A stretch of DNA of 41,105 bases from Nanobdellati archaeon (GCA_013152815.1 JAADFO010000014.1:1-41105), one strand, 5' to 3'; positions 19,121 to 28,831 are shown, counted from the first letter of the stretch. Program-made: numbers and translations. The notes: generated from the letters alone by a model not told the origin.

Positions 19121-20163
19121 CATAGGACAAGCGCCTCCTCTATCTGTTCAGGATCCACGCCGAGTTGGCTCCCCTTGACCAGCGTCTTGAGATTTTTCAC
19201 CTCGATCTCCTTCAGGAGGGTGAAGCCGATGATGGTGTTCACCGAAAGGGGATGGAGATGCATGAGCTTGATCGATTTCTGCAGCATCTGCCTGTAGAGT
19301 GCTGTCTCGAAGAAGAGCAGGGACGATTCTCCTTTGATGAACGCAGAGACCAGGGCATGGTAGGGCGTATGCCTCAACCACTGATGGATATCTTCGAAGC
19401 GCGGAGATGCGGCCATCCTTTCGAGCCGGTGGACGCTCAAGATATTTCCTGCAGGGATGATGTGGCGCCTGATCTCTTCTGCCGGACGACCCAGCCTGAC
19501 GAATTTGGCGATGGTGAGGATGTTCTGGATGTCGATCTCGTTCTTGAGGAAATCAGCATAGAGTTTCCCCTGTTTGGTCAGCTGCCCGGTGAATGCCAGC
19601 ACCTTCCCGTAGTAGGCATGGTCAAGCCTGTTCTCGACGCTGTTCAGGTCGAAACGGGACTGACCCTGCAGGTCCTTGAACATCTTGAGGTTGACGAGGC
19701 CGGATCGCTGGAGAAGTTCATAGGCCGTCTTCGCGCCGCGCATATGCTCGATCTTCTGTTTCTTCAGCCGACCGACACCCCGGGTCAGCTGAGAAAGGAT
19801 CTTGTCGGTCAGCTCGATACCGGAAGACAGACCACGGAGAAGTATCTTCAGGGTATGGAAGTCTTCCCTCAGAAGATAGGTCTCGAAGGCTTCGCGCAGA
19901 CTTGGTCCGGATATCCGCTTGATCTTGTCGATCTCGTTCTTGTAGTTCAGGTTGAGGGCATATTCGATGAGGTCGGCACCGGCATAGGTCAGCCCGAGCT
20001 TCTCGATCTCCGTGCGGTAGTTTGTCTTCCCGAGATAGTCTGCTATCTCAGCAAAGGTCATCTTCAGGAGCCGGTCATAGTCCTGCTTCTTGAAGAGCTT
20101 TGTCCTCATCACCTGCACCCGTGTATAGGTGTAGGGACTGAACTCGAGCTTGAGCTTGGCCAT
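19120..20163 (-). CDS. atpC: A/V-type ATP synthase subunit C
   Basis: PYTYTRVQVMRTKL, EIDIQNI, KEIEVKNLK, and operon position. Confidence 0.92.
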   Translation of the reverse strand: MAKLKLEFSPYTYTRVQVMRTKLFKKQDYDRLLKMTFAEIADYLGKTNYRTEIEKLGLTYAGADLIEYALNLNYKNEIDKIKRISGPSLREAFETYLLREDFHTLKILLRGLSSGIELTDKILSQLTRGVGRLKKQKIEHMRGAKTAYELLQRSGLVNLKMFKDLQGQSRFDLNSVENRLDHAYYGKVLAFTGQLTKQGKLYADFLKNEIDIQNILTIAKFVRLGRPAEEIRRHIIPAGNILSVHRLERMAASPRFEDIHQWLRHTPYHALVSAFIKGESSLLFFETALYRQMLQKSIKLMHLHPLSVNTIIGFTLLKEIEVKNLKTLVKGSQLGVDPEQIEEALVL

Positions 20164-20295
20164 GTTCGCTTTTTCTCGCTTATCTCCTCTGTATCTCTAT
20201 CGCTCTCTGTGTCTGTTCCGCTTCCGCTGATGGTTCTCGCTATCTCTCTGCGGCGTGTGCTGCATGCTGCTGCAGGAACGCGGGAACGGTCCGGG

Positions 20296-20844
20296 TCATC
20301 CTTCGAGGGCGGCGCTGAAGGACTCGAGCTTGGTCTCCATGATGTCGGCAAGGAGAGATTCATAACTCAAGTCTATACGGACATCCCCTTCTTTGGTCTC
20401 AGCGATCAGACCGCCTTTGATGTCGGTGGTCTTGACCTTGTATTTCGGAGGGATCAGGCTCTTGTCAGCGGAATTCACGTAGACCGTGAAAACCTGCATC
20501 TGGGAAGCCGCCTGTTTCAGGAGCGACCGGAGGAGTTGTTTCTGTTCCTCTTTGCTCTGCTTCCTGAGGCGGTCCAGGGCCAGGGCATGGGCCTGTTCCA
20601 AGAGCTTCTGACGTGAGGTGAGCTCCTCATTACGCAGGATAAAACTGGCCTTGACCATCTCGGTCCCATAGACCTTCTCTGCCGCCTTCCTGTAGGCCGC
20701 TTCTTTCTCTTCACGTTCCTTCGCCAGGGCTTCCTTTCGTTCAGCGATGAGCTTTTCGGCATCGCGCCTGGTTGCGTCAAGCAACTCCTGTGCTTCCTGC
20801 TTCGCTTCGTTGAGGATTGCAGCGGTTATGGATTTTACCGTCAT
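20296..20844 (-). CDS. atpE: A/V-type ATP synthase subunit E
   Basis: N-terminal coiled coil, IKGGLIAETKEGDVRIDLSYE, and operon position. Confidence 0.9.
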   Translation of the reverse strand: MTVKSITAAILNEAKQEAQELLDATRRDAEKLIAERKEALAKEREEKEAAYRKAAEKVYGTEMVKASFILRNEELTSRQKLLEQAHALALDRLRKQSKEEQKQLLRSLLKQAASQMQVFTVYVNSADKSLIPPKYKVKTTDIKGGLIAETKEGDVRIDLSYESLLADIMETKLESFSAALEG

Positions 20845-20896
20845 GTTTTGCACCTGTCTTGGTTCTCGCCATTCGGCGTCTGGACAGCAGGATGGA

Positions 20897-21124
20897 TCAT
20901 CCGTTGAGGCCCAGGATCAGGATTGCCACCACAAGACCGAAGATGACGATGGTCTCGGGGATGACCGTCAGGATCAGCCCTTTACCGAAAAGCTCTTCCT
21001 TCTCGGCCATTGCGCCGATGGCTGCAGTACCGATATCCTTCTCTGCGATGGCAGCTGCGATGGCGCTTCCTGCGATGGCGATTCCTGCGGACAGTCCGAT
21101 CAAACCGGTATTGATGTCTACCAT
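20897..21124 (-). CDS. atpK: A-type ATP synthase proteolipid subunit K/c (single hairpin)
   Basis: AEKDIGTAAIGAMAE...GKGLILTVIPETIVIFGLVVA. GGAGGT SD upstream. Confidence 0.95.
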   Translation of the reverse strand: MVDINTGLIGLSAGIAIAGSAIAAAIAEKDIGTAAIGAMAEKEELFGKGLILTVIPETIVIFGLVVAILILGLNG

Positions 21125-21293
21125 TTTTCTTTACCTCCGTTCTGTACCTTTCGATTGTTTATCCTATCTCTTTGCTTTGCTTAATCCACGCTAATCCACG
21201 CTGTCTCTTCTGTCTGCTGCTATCTTTTCTCCGCTCTTCTCTGCTCTTCCTGCGCACCATCCTGTTGCAGGAACCCAAAGGGGCAAAGGAGCA

Positions 21294-23129
21294 CTATTCC
21301 TGCTGCTCTGCCTGTGCATAACCGAATGGACGATAGAGCTTCCCTCCTCCAGTATAGAACTTGGAGAAGAATTCCACATAATGGAGTCTCAAGGAATGCA
21401 GGAAAGGACCGATGAGACCGAGGAGCATGTTGATGACGTGACCCACCACCATGATGAGCACTGCGGCGAGGATCATCAGGAGACCTCCCTGTCGGGTGAA
21501 CTCCACCGCGAACTTGTCGATGATGACAGCGAGGGAGACCGAGGCGAGGCCGATGGCCATGAGCCGTGAATAGCTGAGTATGTTGCCGAAGATGGAGGGG
21601 AGCTCTATGAGCCCCATGGCTCCTTCGCCTATGAGAAGCATCACCACCGCAAGTCCGAGCAGCAGATACCCATAGAGGTTCTGGTGGAAGACGAACATCG
21701 CAGCTCCACTGAGGAGCACGAGCCAGCTTATCTTGCTGAAGATGGCATGCTTGAGGCCATGGTGCCTGAGTTCATTGGCGAATCCGATGAAGAGGCCGAG
21801 GATGATGTGGGCTGCGCCTATGATGATGGAAAGCACAAGCAGGTCCATCTGCTGTTCTGACCTGCCGAGGAGATGGGGGATGTGGAAACGACCAAGCTGT
21901 TCGAACCCGAAGAACTCGCCGAATGCCGCTCCTGCGAGGATGGTCATGATGGACGCCCAGACCATGATGTTGAAGAAGGCTTTGGCCGAAGGTATCTTCT
22001 TTTTCAGCCAGAGGAACAGGACAAGATTCACGAGACCGTAGCCCATGTCGCCGAGCATGAAGCCGAAGAAGAACGGGAAGGTCAGGAAGGTGAAGAATGT
22101 CGGGTCGATCTCATGATAATTGGGAAGCGTATAGAGTTTCATGAAGAACTCGAAGGGCCTGACGATGGTGGGATTGTCCATCTCTATGGGGACCGATTCC
22201 TTTTCTCCGATCGAGTTGAGGTAGATGAGGATGGTATCATCGGTCACCTTTGACAGCCTGCGATGCACCCTGAGGAGATTGTCCGAAGGGACGAAGCCGG
22301 TGACCACAAAGGTCTTTTCCGTGGCGCCGAACTTGAGCGGGGCCTCTGCCTGTTCATTGGCGATGAGGATGCGTTCCCGCGCCTGGAGGAAGAAATCGGC
22401 ATAGGATTCCCTGAAGGTATCGAGCCGTCGGATGACCGCCGACAGCTCTTCCTTCTGCCGTTTGAGTTCTCTGGTCATCTTTTCCTGGTTTTGGGAAGTG
22501 GAAAGTTCGGGATCAAGACCGTCAAAAGCGAGGAGACTGATTCCGTGCCGGGCCAGAAGCGTCGAGACCTTCTCTGTCTCATCTTTGCTGACGACGACAC
22601 TGAGAAGATGCTTTCCGGCGTAGGGCTGCAGATCATATGATGCCGAGCTGATGTGCCGAAGCTCGTCCAGGACCTTGCGGTCCTTGGCAAAGCCGACAAG
22701 GAGTTTCACAGAAGAGAGGTCGGAGAAATCGCCCGGATCGATGCCTGCCTTCGCGAGGATCCTGAGTTTTTCAAGGCTCTCATCGATGCTGGTGATCCTC
22801 GACCTGATGTCTACCTGCTGCCGATCCAAAGAGGTAACTTCCTCAAGCTTCCGGTCGATGTTATCGATAAGAGCGTCCAGGGGGACATCGAAATCGACAG
22901 TGACCGCTTTGGTCCTGAGCCGGAAGAGCGCGATGGCCGCATTCAGCTTGATGATGAGCTCAGAGAGGACAGAAGAATCAGGGAGGGGTGTACCGATATC
23001 CATCAGATCATCCTTGACGTGCTCTTCTATATGGAGAACATGCAGCTCATAGAGCTCGCTGATGACCCGCCGGAGGTGTCTCTTCGTGCCGATGACCGTG
23101 ATCTTGGTCATCTGGGTTGGTTTAAGCAT
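21294..23129 (-). CDS. atpI: A/V-type ATP synthase subunit I/a
   Basis: LPNYHEIDPT, GFMLGDMGYG, LSYSRLMAIG (essential Arg), LRLHYVEFFSKFY. Confidence 0.96.
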   Translation of the reverse strand: MLKPTQMTKITVIGTKRHLRRVISELYELHVLHIEEHVKDDLMDIGTPLPDSSVLSELIIKLNAAIALFRLRTKAVTVDFDVPLDALIDNIDRKLEEVTSLDRQQVDIRSRITSIDESLEKLRILAKAGIDPGDFSDLSSVKLLVGFAKDRKVLDELRHISSASYDLQPYAGKHLLSVVVSKDETEKVSTLLARHGISLLAFDGLDPELSTSQNQEKMTRELKRQKEELSAVIRRLDTFRESYADFFLQARERILIANEQAEAPLKFGATEKTFVVTGFVPSDNLLRVHRRLSKVTDDTILIYLNSIGEKESVPIEMDNPTIVRPFEFFMKLYTLPNYHEIDPTFFTFLTFPFFFGFMLGDMGYGLVNLVLFLWLKKKIPSAKAFFNIMVWASIMTILAGAAFGEFFGFEQLGRFHIPHLLGRSEQQMDLLVLSIIIGAAHIILGLFIGFANELRHHGLKHAIFSKISWLVLLSGAAMFVFHQNLYGYLLLGLAVVMLLIGEGAMGLIELPSIFGNILSYSRLMAIGLASVSLAVIIDKFAVEFTRQGGLLMILAAVLIMVVGHVINMLLGLIGPFLHSLRLHYVEFFSKFYTGGGKLYRPFGYAQAEQQE

Positions 23130-23130
23130 C

Positions 23131-23460
23131 TTACTGGACTACCTTTTTGAATTCTTTGACGATGAGAGAAGCCACCTTCGGAACGTTCGCTTCCATGCGT
23201 CTTGTCTGATCCTGTATCTTTGAACGTTCTTTCTTCAGAAGATCGACAGCATCTGCTTTTGCCCGTGTCGTGGCCTGTTCGATGAGGGTTTCCTTTCGCT
23301 TAGCAAGGTCCTTCTTCTGTCTCTCTTCGGCCTGCTGGATGGCCTCGCGTGCCTGCAGGAGGATCTGCTCTTTCTTCTTTTCTGCATCAGAAAGCAACCG
23401 GGTTGCCTGTCTTTCGGCCTTTTTTATCTCATCTATGGTCTTCTTGATGATGTTGCTCAC
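23131..23460 (-). CDS. atpH: A-type ATP synthase subunit H/G
   Basis: EIKKAERQA coiled coil, first gene of the operon. The GTG start at 23460 is inferred and uncertain. Confidence 0.75.
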   Translation of the reverse strand: MSNIIKKTIDEIKKAERQATRLLSDAEKKKEQILLQAREAIQQAEERQKKDLAKRKETLIEQATTRAKADAVDLLKKERSKIQDQTRRMEANVPKVASLIVKEFKKVVQ

Positions 23461-23591
23461 CTTCTTCTGTTGAGTTCCTATGATGGCCTGTTGGATGACC
23501 TGTTGGATGAAACCGCTGAATAAACCGCCCAGGAGCCGGAGTGACAACAGGGGGTTTATATAATTTTATATCGGTCGTTTATATATGGATT

Positions 23592-23621
23592 CCATGACTG
23601 CCCATGACTGCCCATGACTGC
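23592..23621. repeat. tandem repeat (CCATGACTGC)x3
   Basis: Three perfect 10-bp units in the atp/ftsZ divergent intergenic region. Confidence 0.9.
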
Positions 23622-23688
23622 CGAAGGGATTGTCTGAGCCTGTCCTGATGATAGTATCCAGTGCATCTCATTTATAAAGTCTCACAAG

Positions 23689-23722
23689 CCAGTATACAAA
23701 ATACCCACACCAGTATACAAAA
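23689..23722 (+). promoter_or_regulatory. 13-bp direct repeat upstream of the ftsZ TATA box
   Basis: CCAGTATACAAAA at 23689 and 23710 (21-bp period), followed by TTTAAATA at about 23731 and the palindrome GGACCGGTCC. Confidence 0.5.
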
Positions 23723-23855
23723 ACATAACATTTAAATAGGACCGGTCCAATATACTCCTTTAAGATACAAGAACCCGTGAAGACTGTGAAGGATCGAGCA
23801 TAGATGTGATTCCTTTCGATTCCTTTCCTGATTCAGGATGAGAGGTGAAGAAACA

Positions 23856-24929
23856 ATGGAACTGTTTGTCAATGACGCATTGGAACAGATAAGCCAGACA
23901 GCAAGCGAAACCCCTGCCAGCGTGATAGGGCAGGCCAACATCAAAGTTGTCGGGGTCGGCGGTGCAGGCAACAACATGGTCTCCTGGCTCTACAAGAAGG
24001 GCATCAAGGGAGCGGAAGTCATCGTCATCAATGCGGACAAGCAGCATCTTGATATCAGCGCAGCAGACAAGAAGATCCTCATCGGCATGGACGTCACCAG
24101 AGGTCTCGGCTGCGGAGGGTTCCCTGACAAAGGACGGGATTCTGCAGAGCATTCATCAAAGGATATCAAACAGGCGTTGGCCGGTACAGACATGGCCTTC
24201 ATCTGCGCAGGCATGGGAGGCGGCACAGGGACAGGAGCGGCACCGGTGGTGGCAAAGGCCGCCAAAGAGAGGAACGCCATCGTCATCGGGACCGTGACCA
24301 TGCCTTTCAGGATCGAGAAAGCGAGGATCGACCGTGCCGAATTCGGACTCGGCGCATTGCGGGATCATTGCGATACGGTCATCGTCATCGACAACAACCG
24401 CCTGGTGGAACTTGCGGGCAACCTGCCGGTCAAGCAGGCGTTCGCAGTGGCCAACGAGCTCATCGCCACCATGATACGGGGCATCGTCGAGACCATCTCC
24501 ACACCATCGCTGGTCAACCTGGACTTCGCAGATGTCCGTGCCATCATGACCCAGGGAGGCGTCGCCGTGGTGGGCATCGGCTCATCAGACACCAACAACC
24601 GGGTGGATGAGGCGGTGCAGGGAGCTCTGAGCAATCCGCTCCTGGAGATCGACTATCGGGGTGCGAGCGGAGCGCTCATACACGTCGAAGGGGGCCCGGA
24701 CATGACCCTGGATGAGGTTGCACGGATAGGGGACCTCATCACCGACAACCTGGACGAGGACGCCAATGTCATCTGGGGAGCCAGGGTCTCTGAGGAGATG
24801 CGAGGCAAACTGGTCGTCATGACCATCCTCACCGGGGTGAAGTCCCCGTTCATCCTGGGAAAGCAGATGGCCTATTCACGGGAAGGACAGACGACATCCC
24901 AGACGATCGATGTGGAAAGCATGTTCTGA
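23856..24929 (+). CDS. ftsZ: cell division protein FtsZ (FtsZ2-like)
   Basis: VVGVGGAGNN, AGMGGGTGTG signature, T7 loop LVNLDFADV, IDYRGASGALIH. GAGGTGA SD precedes ATG 23856. Confidence 0.97.
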   Translation: MELFVNDALEQISQTASETPASVIGQANIKVVGVGGAGNNMVSWLYKKGIKGAEVIVINADKQHLDISAADKKILIGMDVTRGLGCGGFPDKGRDSAEHSSKDIKQALAGTDMAFICAGMGGGTGTGAAPVVAKAAKERNAIVIGTVTMPFRIEKARIDRAEFGLGALRDHCDTVIVIDNNRLVELAGNLPVKQAFAVANELIATMIRGIVETISTPSLVNLDFADVRAIMTQGGVAVVGIGSSDTNNRVDEAVQGALSNPLLEIDYRGASGALIHVEGGPDMTLDEVARIGDLITDNLDEDANVIWGARVSEEMRGKLVVMTILTGVKSPFILGKQMAYSREGQTTSQTIDVESMF

Positions 24930-24964
24930 AAAAAAGCCAGGACAACGCGGACAACGCATCCGCC

Positions 24965-25020
24965 TCTTTTTTCTTTTGCGCTTGTTCTCTTCTTCTTTTG
25001 TTCTCCCTTTTTGTTTTTCC
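24965..25020 (+). terminator. T-rich archaeal terminator tract after ftsZ
   Basis: Long pyrimidine/oligo-T run shortly after the ftsZ stop. Confidence 0.55.
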
Positions 25021-25141
25021 GTTCCCTGTGTCAGGTGACATTGATGGCGCAGACGATCATGCATTCGGCAAAAAAGCAGAGGATTTCATAATGGCCAAAA
25101 CCCCCAAAAGGTATTTATAGCAGGGATAATAAGAGCATACC

Positions 25142-26536
25142 ATGGCCACAAGCTATGAGCACAAGCCGACGAAGAGCAAATATCTGACCGAGATGAGCAG
25201 GCCGGTCAAGTATGACACCCCTCTGAAACGTTCCATGTCCGGATATGAGATAGAGATGTGCCTCATCGACGGCAGGGGGGATGTCAGCCAGGAAGCAGGA
25301 AAGGTCATCGAACGCATACTCAAACAAGACAAGGATTTTTCCATCACCAAAGAAGCAGGCCAGAACATGCTGGAAGTGATGGTCCTGCCTCACAAGAGCA
25401 TCCAGAGGACAGCGCTCCAGCTCATCGAGAACGTGGAGAAGGTCCAGCAGGTCTGCGAGGACACGGGCCTTGCGGTGCTTCCGTTGGGGACCTATCCTGG
25501 AACATTCAAGGAACGAATCTTTCTCTCAGAACAACGGTACAAGATGATCGGAAAGACCGTCGGAAGAGAACGCTTCGACTTCTACAGCTCCCACTGCTAC
25601 GGTTTTCATTACCACTATGCGCTTCCCAAGGGAACCTATAACGAGAAAGAAGGCTTTGTCAACAACAACATCTATTCGAAGATAAAGACGACGCTCATCG
25701 ATTCCTATAATTTCATGATCGCCGCAGACCCCATGATGACGACACTGGCCCAATCATCGCCCTTTGAAGGCGGGAGATACCGTGCGAAAGACACCCGCAT
25801 GCTCTACTGGCGTGGAGGAAAGAAGCTGAAGGCAGAAGGGTTCGGACAGCACATCCAGATGCTTGCAGGATTGCAGCCCTACAAACAGACCATGGCTGAC
25901 CTGCTGTCGAGCATCCGCAAGAAAGATGCGAAATTCAAGAAGATGCTCCGCGACAGCGGCGCGCCGGAATCGTTCATCAGGAAGAAGCACATCCTTGATT
26001 ACATGTGGAATCCGGTAAAGGTGAACAAGATAGGGACGCTGGAACAGCGCGGCATGGACACCAACTATCTGGAGATCAACCTGGGCATAACGATCATGCT
26101 CAAGTTCATCCTCAGGGCCATACAGCAGGAGTTCTATCATGTCATACCGTCTGATTTCGCGCTGGAGGAACCGTTCAAGCTCGAGGGGAACGTCATCTTC
26201 ATCCCGCCGCATACCCACGTCAGGAATGTCTGGCAATACCAGTCAGCCTATCAGGGGTTCCAGGGAGCAGAGATAGCGAAGGCCATTCCTCGTTTCTATA
26301 AGCTGGCCCGGAAGCTCGTCTACAAGAGCTATCTTCCTGCGCTGCGAAGCATCAAGAGCATGATCGACAGGAAACAGAGCCTTTCCGACAAGATGATAAG
26401 TTATGTGAAGAAAAAAGGATATACGCTCGACAGGCCCATCCCGAAAGAGCTGTCACGTTCACTCTCCCTCCTGCATGCGAAGAAGATGGTCAGAGAGATG
26501 GAGCGCACCAAGAAGATTTTCGAGAACCTCGACTGA
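25142..26536 (+). CDS. glutamate--cysteine ligase family 2 (GCS2/YbdK-like) carboxylate-amine ligase
   Basis: GYEIEMCLID, KEAGQNMLEV, PLGTYP, YGFHYHY, QSSPFEGG and IGTLEQRGMD match the GCS2 motif order. Confidence 0.75.
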   Translation: MATSYEHKPTKSKYLTEMSRPVKYDTPLKRSMSGYEIEMCLIDGRGDVSQEAGKVIERILKQDKDFSITKEAGQNMLEVMVLPHKSIQRTALQLIENVEKVQQVCEDTGLAVLPLGTYPGTFKERIFLSEQRYKMIGKTVGRERFDFYSSHCYGFHYHYALPKGTYNEKEGFVNNNIYSKIKTTLIDSYNFMIAADPMMTTLAQSSPFEGGRYRAKDTRMLYWRGGKKLKAEGFGQHIQMLAGLQPYKQTMADLLSSIRKKDAKFKKMLRDSGAPESFIRKKHILDYMWNPVKVNKIGTLEQRGMDTNYLEINLGITIMLKFILRAIQQEFYHVIPSDFALEEPFKLEGNVIFIPPHTHVRNVWQYQSAYQGFQGAEIAKAIPRFYKLARKLVYKSYLPALRSIKSMIDRKQSLSDKMISYVKKKGYTLDRPIPKELSRSLSLLHAKKMVREMERTKKIFENLD

Positions 26537-26615
26537 ACGACCAGAGCATGGACGACATCGGCCGGTAAATATGGGTTTGCGCGCTGAAGCGCAGGGTATC
26601 AGACCCAACATAACA

Positions 26616-27719
26616 ATGAGGAAGATGACACCAGAAGAGAGAAGACATCTGCAACAGGAACTGTCAGAAGTGGCATCGCGGCTGATGGAGTTCCACACCG
26701 TAAAAGAACGCCCTCAGGCCATCGAGCAATGCATGGCCTTCATCAAGTCCTATTTCGAAGGGACCAGCGCCAACATACGGGAACATAAGATCAACGAGAA
26801 GCCCGCCCTGTTCGTCAGTTTCAACAAGAAGAAGAGACAGACGCTCATCTTCAACGGCCATATCGATGTGGTCGAAGGCTCGGAATCACAGTTCAGCCCG
26901 TACGTAGAGAAAGGCAGGCTCTTCGGCAGGGGTTCGGTGGACATGAAGGGAGCTGTTGCCGCATTCATGGTCCTGATGAAGAAGCTCTCCCGGATGAAAC
27001 ATCCCCCTCCTGTCGGGCTCATGATCGTCAGCGACGAGGAGACCGACGGGCTCTGCAGCAAGCGCATGGTTTCCCACGGCTATGCAGCAGATTTTGTCAT
27101 CGTCGGAGAACCCACCCGTATGCAGGTGGAGACCAGGCATAAAGGACACATGACCGTCGCCATCTATGCCTATGGATCGGCATCCCACGGAAGCAGGCCG
27201 TGGCAGGGGAAGAACGCCATCATCAAGCTCTGGAACCAGTACCAGAAATTCGCCGATGCCGTCCCCCAGGCAAAGCGTTCCTCCAAATGGTTCCCCACCA
27301 TCAATCCGACATCCATCATCGCAGATGCCCCCCACAACGTGACACCTTCCAAGGCGAGGATGATCCTGGACATCCGGACCACAGAGGACTACACCAACGA
27401 CAGCATGTTCGCCCTGCTCCGCAAGCTCAAGATCCGGTATAAACGCATCGTCAGCATCAACATGCTCACCAACCCCCGGCGCGCCCATATACGACCGTTC
27501 AAGCTCTATGCCCAACGGTTCCTCGGAAGGAAACTGAAGTACGTGAAGTCCTGCGGCGGCTCTGACGCAAAGGCCTTCTCGGACAAGGGCATGGAAGCGA
27601 TCAACTTCGGTCCAGTAGGGAAGAACCACCATCGGCAGCAGGAATATGTCGACCTCAACAGTCTTGTCGACTATTACAGGGTGCTGGACGGCTACGTGAA
27701 GAACTACATCTGCAAATAA
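26616..27719 (+). CDS. M20 family metallopeptidase/deacylase (ArgE/DapE-like)
   Basis: FNGHIDVV, GRGSVDMKG, SDEE, VGEPT, SHGS, GGSDA, FGP...HHRQQEYV. Start is 26616 or 26625. Confidence 0.9.
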   Translation: MRKMTPEERRHLQQELSEVASRLMEFHTVKERPQAIEQCMAFIKSYFEGTSANIREHKINEKPALFVSFNKKKRQTLIFNGHIDVVEGSESQFSPYVEKGRLFGRGSVDMKGAVAAFMVLMKKLSRMKHPPPVGLMIVSDEETDGLCSKRMVSHGYAADFVIVGEPTRMQVETRHKGHMTVAIYAYGSASHGSRPWQGKNAIIKLWNQYQKFADAVPQAKRSSKWFPTINPTSIIADAPHNVTPSKARMILDIRTTEDYTNDSMFALLRKLKIRYKRIVSINMLTNPRRAHIRPFKLYAQRFLGRKLKYVKSCGGSDAKAFSDKGMEAINFGPVGKNHHRQQEYVDLNSLVDYYRVLDGYVKNYICK

Positions 27720-28304
27720 GAATTTTCAGGTACATGATTCAGGTACATGAAATAGCTGCATAAATTAATATAAATAAGAGACCAACACTCGTTTCTATGG
27801 CAGAGAAGGATACAATGAAGGATATAGGAGCAACCATTCTACGGATGAAAGCAGGCATGATAAATTAAAAGAGCCCATCAAGAACAGCGTTGTTGATGTG
27901 TACGAAACAACTCGTATTTCTCAGCCGGACGTTATGGTGATAGATAAGTCCCATTACCAGGCAGAAAAGTTTAAATTCTTCAGACCGAATACACGAAAGC
28001 AAAGATAGGGGTTTACAATGAAGAAATCGGTTCATTTTACCAAGAAGAATTCTTGAAAGCGGTCAAGAAATATGCTTCTTAGACACATTAAGAGTCTGCC
28101 TTGCTTGAAAAGTATCCGAAGCGACAAAAAAAACAGTTCTAATAAATACGAAAAAGACCATAGAAAACGATAGGTTCATACATGATCCGAAGAATACAAC
28201 ATTTATCGGAATAGGGGGCATATAGATTCTTATACGCTCTTTCGCAGTCCATGATTTTAGAAGATGATCGACTTTAACCAGAAAAATAAAATATAAAAAG
28301 ACTG

Positions 28305-28340
28305 CGTACTTATTCGTATATTTACATACGGAGGTGTACG
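28305..28340 (+). promoter_or_regulatory. nested palindromic operator of the TA pair
   Basis: CGTAC-N5-CGTAT-N6-ATACG-N5-GTACG lies between ATATAAAA and the antitoxin ATG and overlaps the GGAGGTG SD. Confidence 0.6.
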
Positions 28341-28574
28341 ATGGCATTGAAGCAGATCAGTCTGAGCATACCCGAGAACCTCTTCAAGGCAACGAAGGCA
28401 TACAGCAAGGATTTCGGATACAAAAACATGCAAGAACTCCTCTTAGATCTCCTCAGGAAGAGGATCATCCTGGAGAATATCCGTAGGTATGAAGACATTG
28501 AGAAGAGGATGAAGCCGAAGAAGACGAAAAGGTTCAACCAGAAAGAAGCTATTGCCTTCATCAAAGGATTATAG
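28341..28574 (+). CDS. ribbon-helix-helix (CopG-like) antitoxin
   Basis: KQISLSIPENL...GYKNMQELLLDLLR RHH pattern, directly upstream of a RelE-like gene. Confidence 0.75.
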   Translation: MALKQISLSIPENLFKATKAYSKDFGYKNMQELLLDLLRKRIILENIRRYEDIEKRMKPKKTKRFNQKEAIAFIKGL

Positions 28575-28576
28575 TC

Positions 28577-28831
28577 ATGCAGTACTTCATCGAGTTCAGT
28601 GATGGGTTTACGAGATCGATGAAGAAGCTGAAGAAAAAGGATCCCGGAAGGTTTGCACAAATCCAGAAAAAACTGCAGAGCATCATTCTCCATCCTGAAC
28701 ATTACAAACCCCTTCGGAACGTGCTAGCAGGATACAGACGAATCCAGTTCGGACCGTTCGTTCTCATCTACACCATACGAGGAAATATAATCAGGATCAT
28801 CTCCCTCGACCGCCACGATAAAGCATACTAG
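28577..28831 (+). CDS. RelE/ParE-family toxin
   Basis: FTRSMKKL, HPEHYKPLRNVLAGYRRIQFGPFVLIY, DRHDKAY. Confidence 0.88.
   Translation: MQYFIEFSDGFTRSMKKLKKKDPGRFAQIQKKLQSIILHPEHYKPLRNVLAGYRRIQFGPFVLIYTIRGNIIRIISLDRHDKAY

Noticed and set aside
19165..20616. 483-aa plus-strand ORF
   Set aside because: Antisense shadow of atpC/atpE with no motifs.
28063..28347. 94-aa minus-strand ORF
   Set aside because: Overlaps the TA promoter, has atypical composition and no motif.
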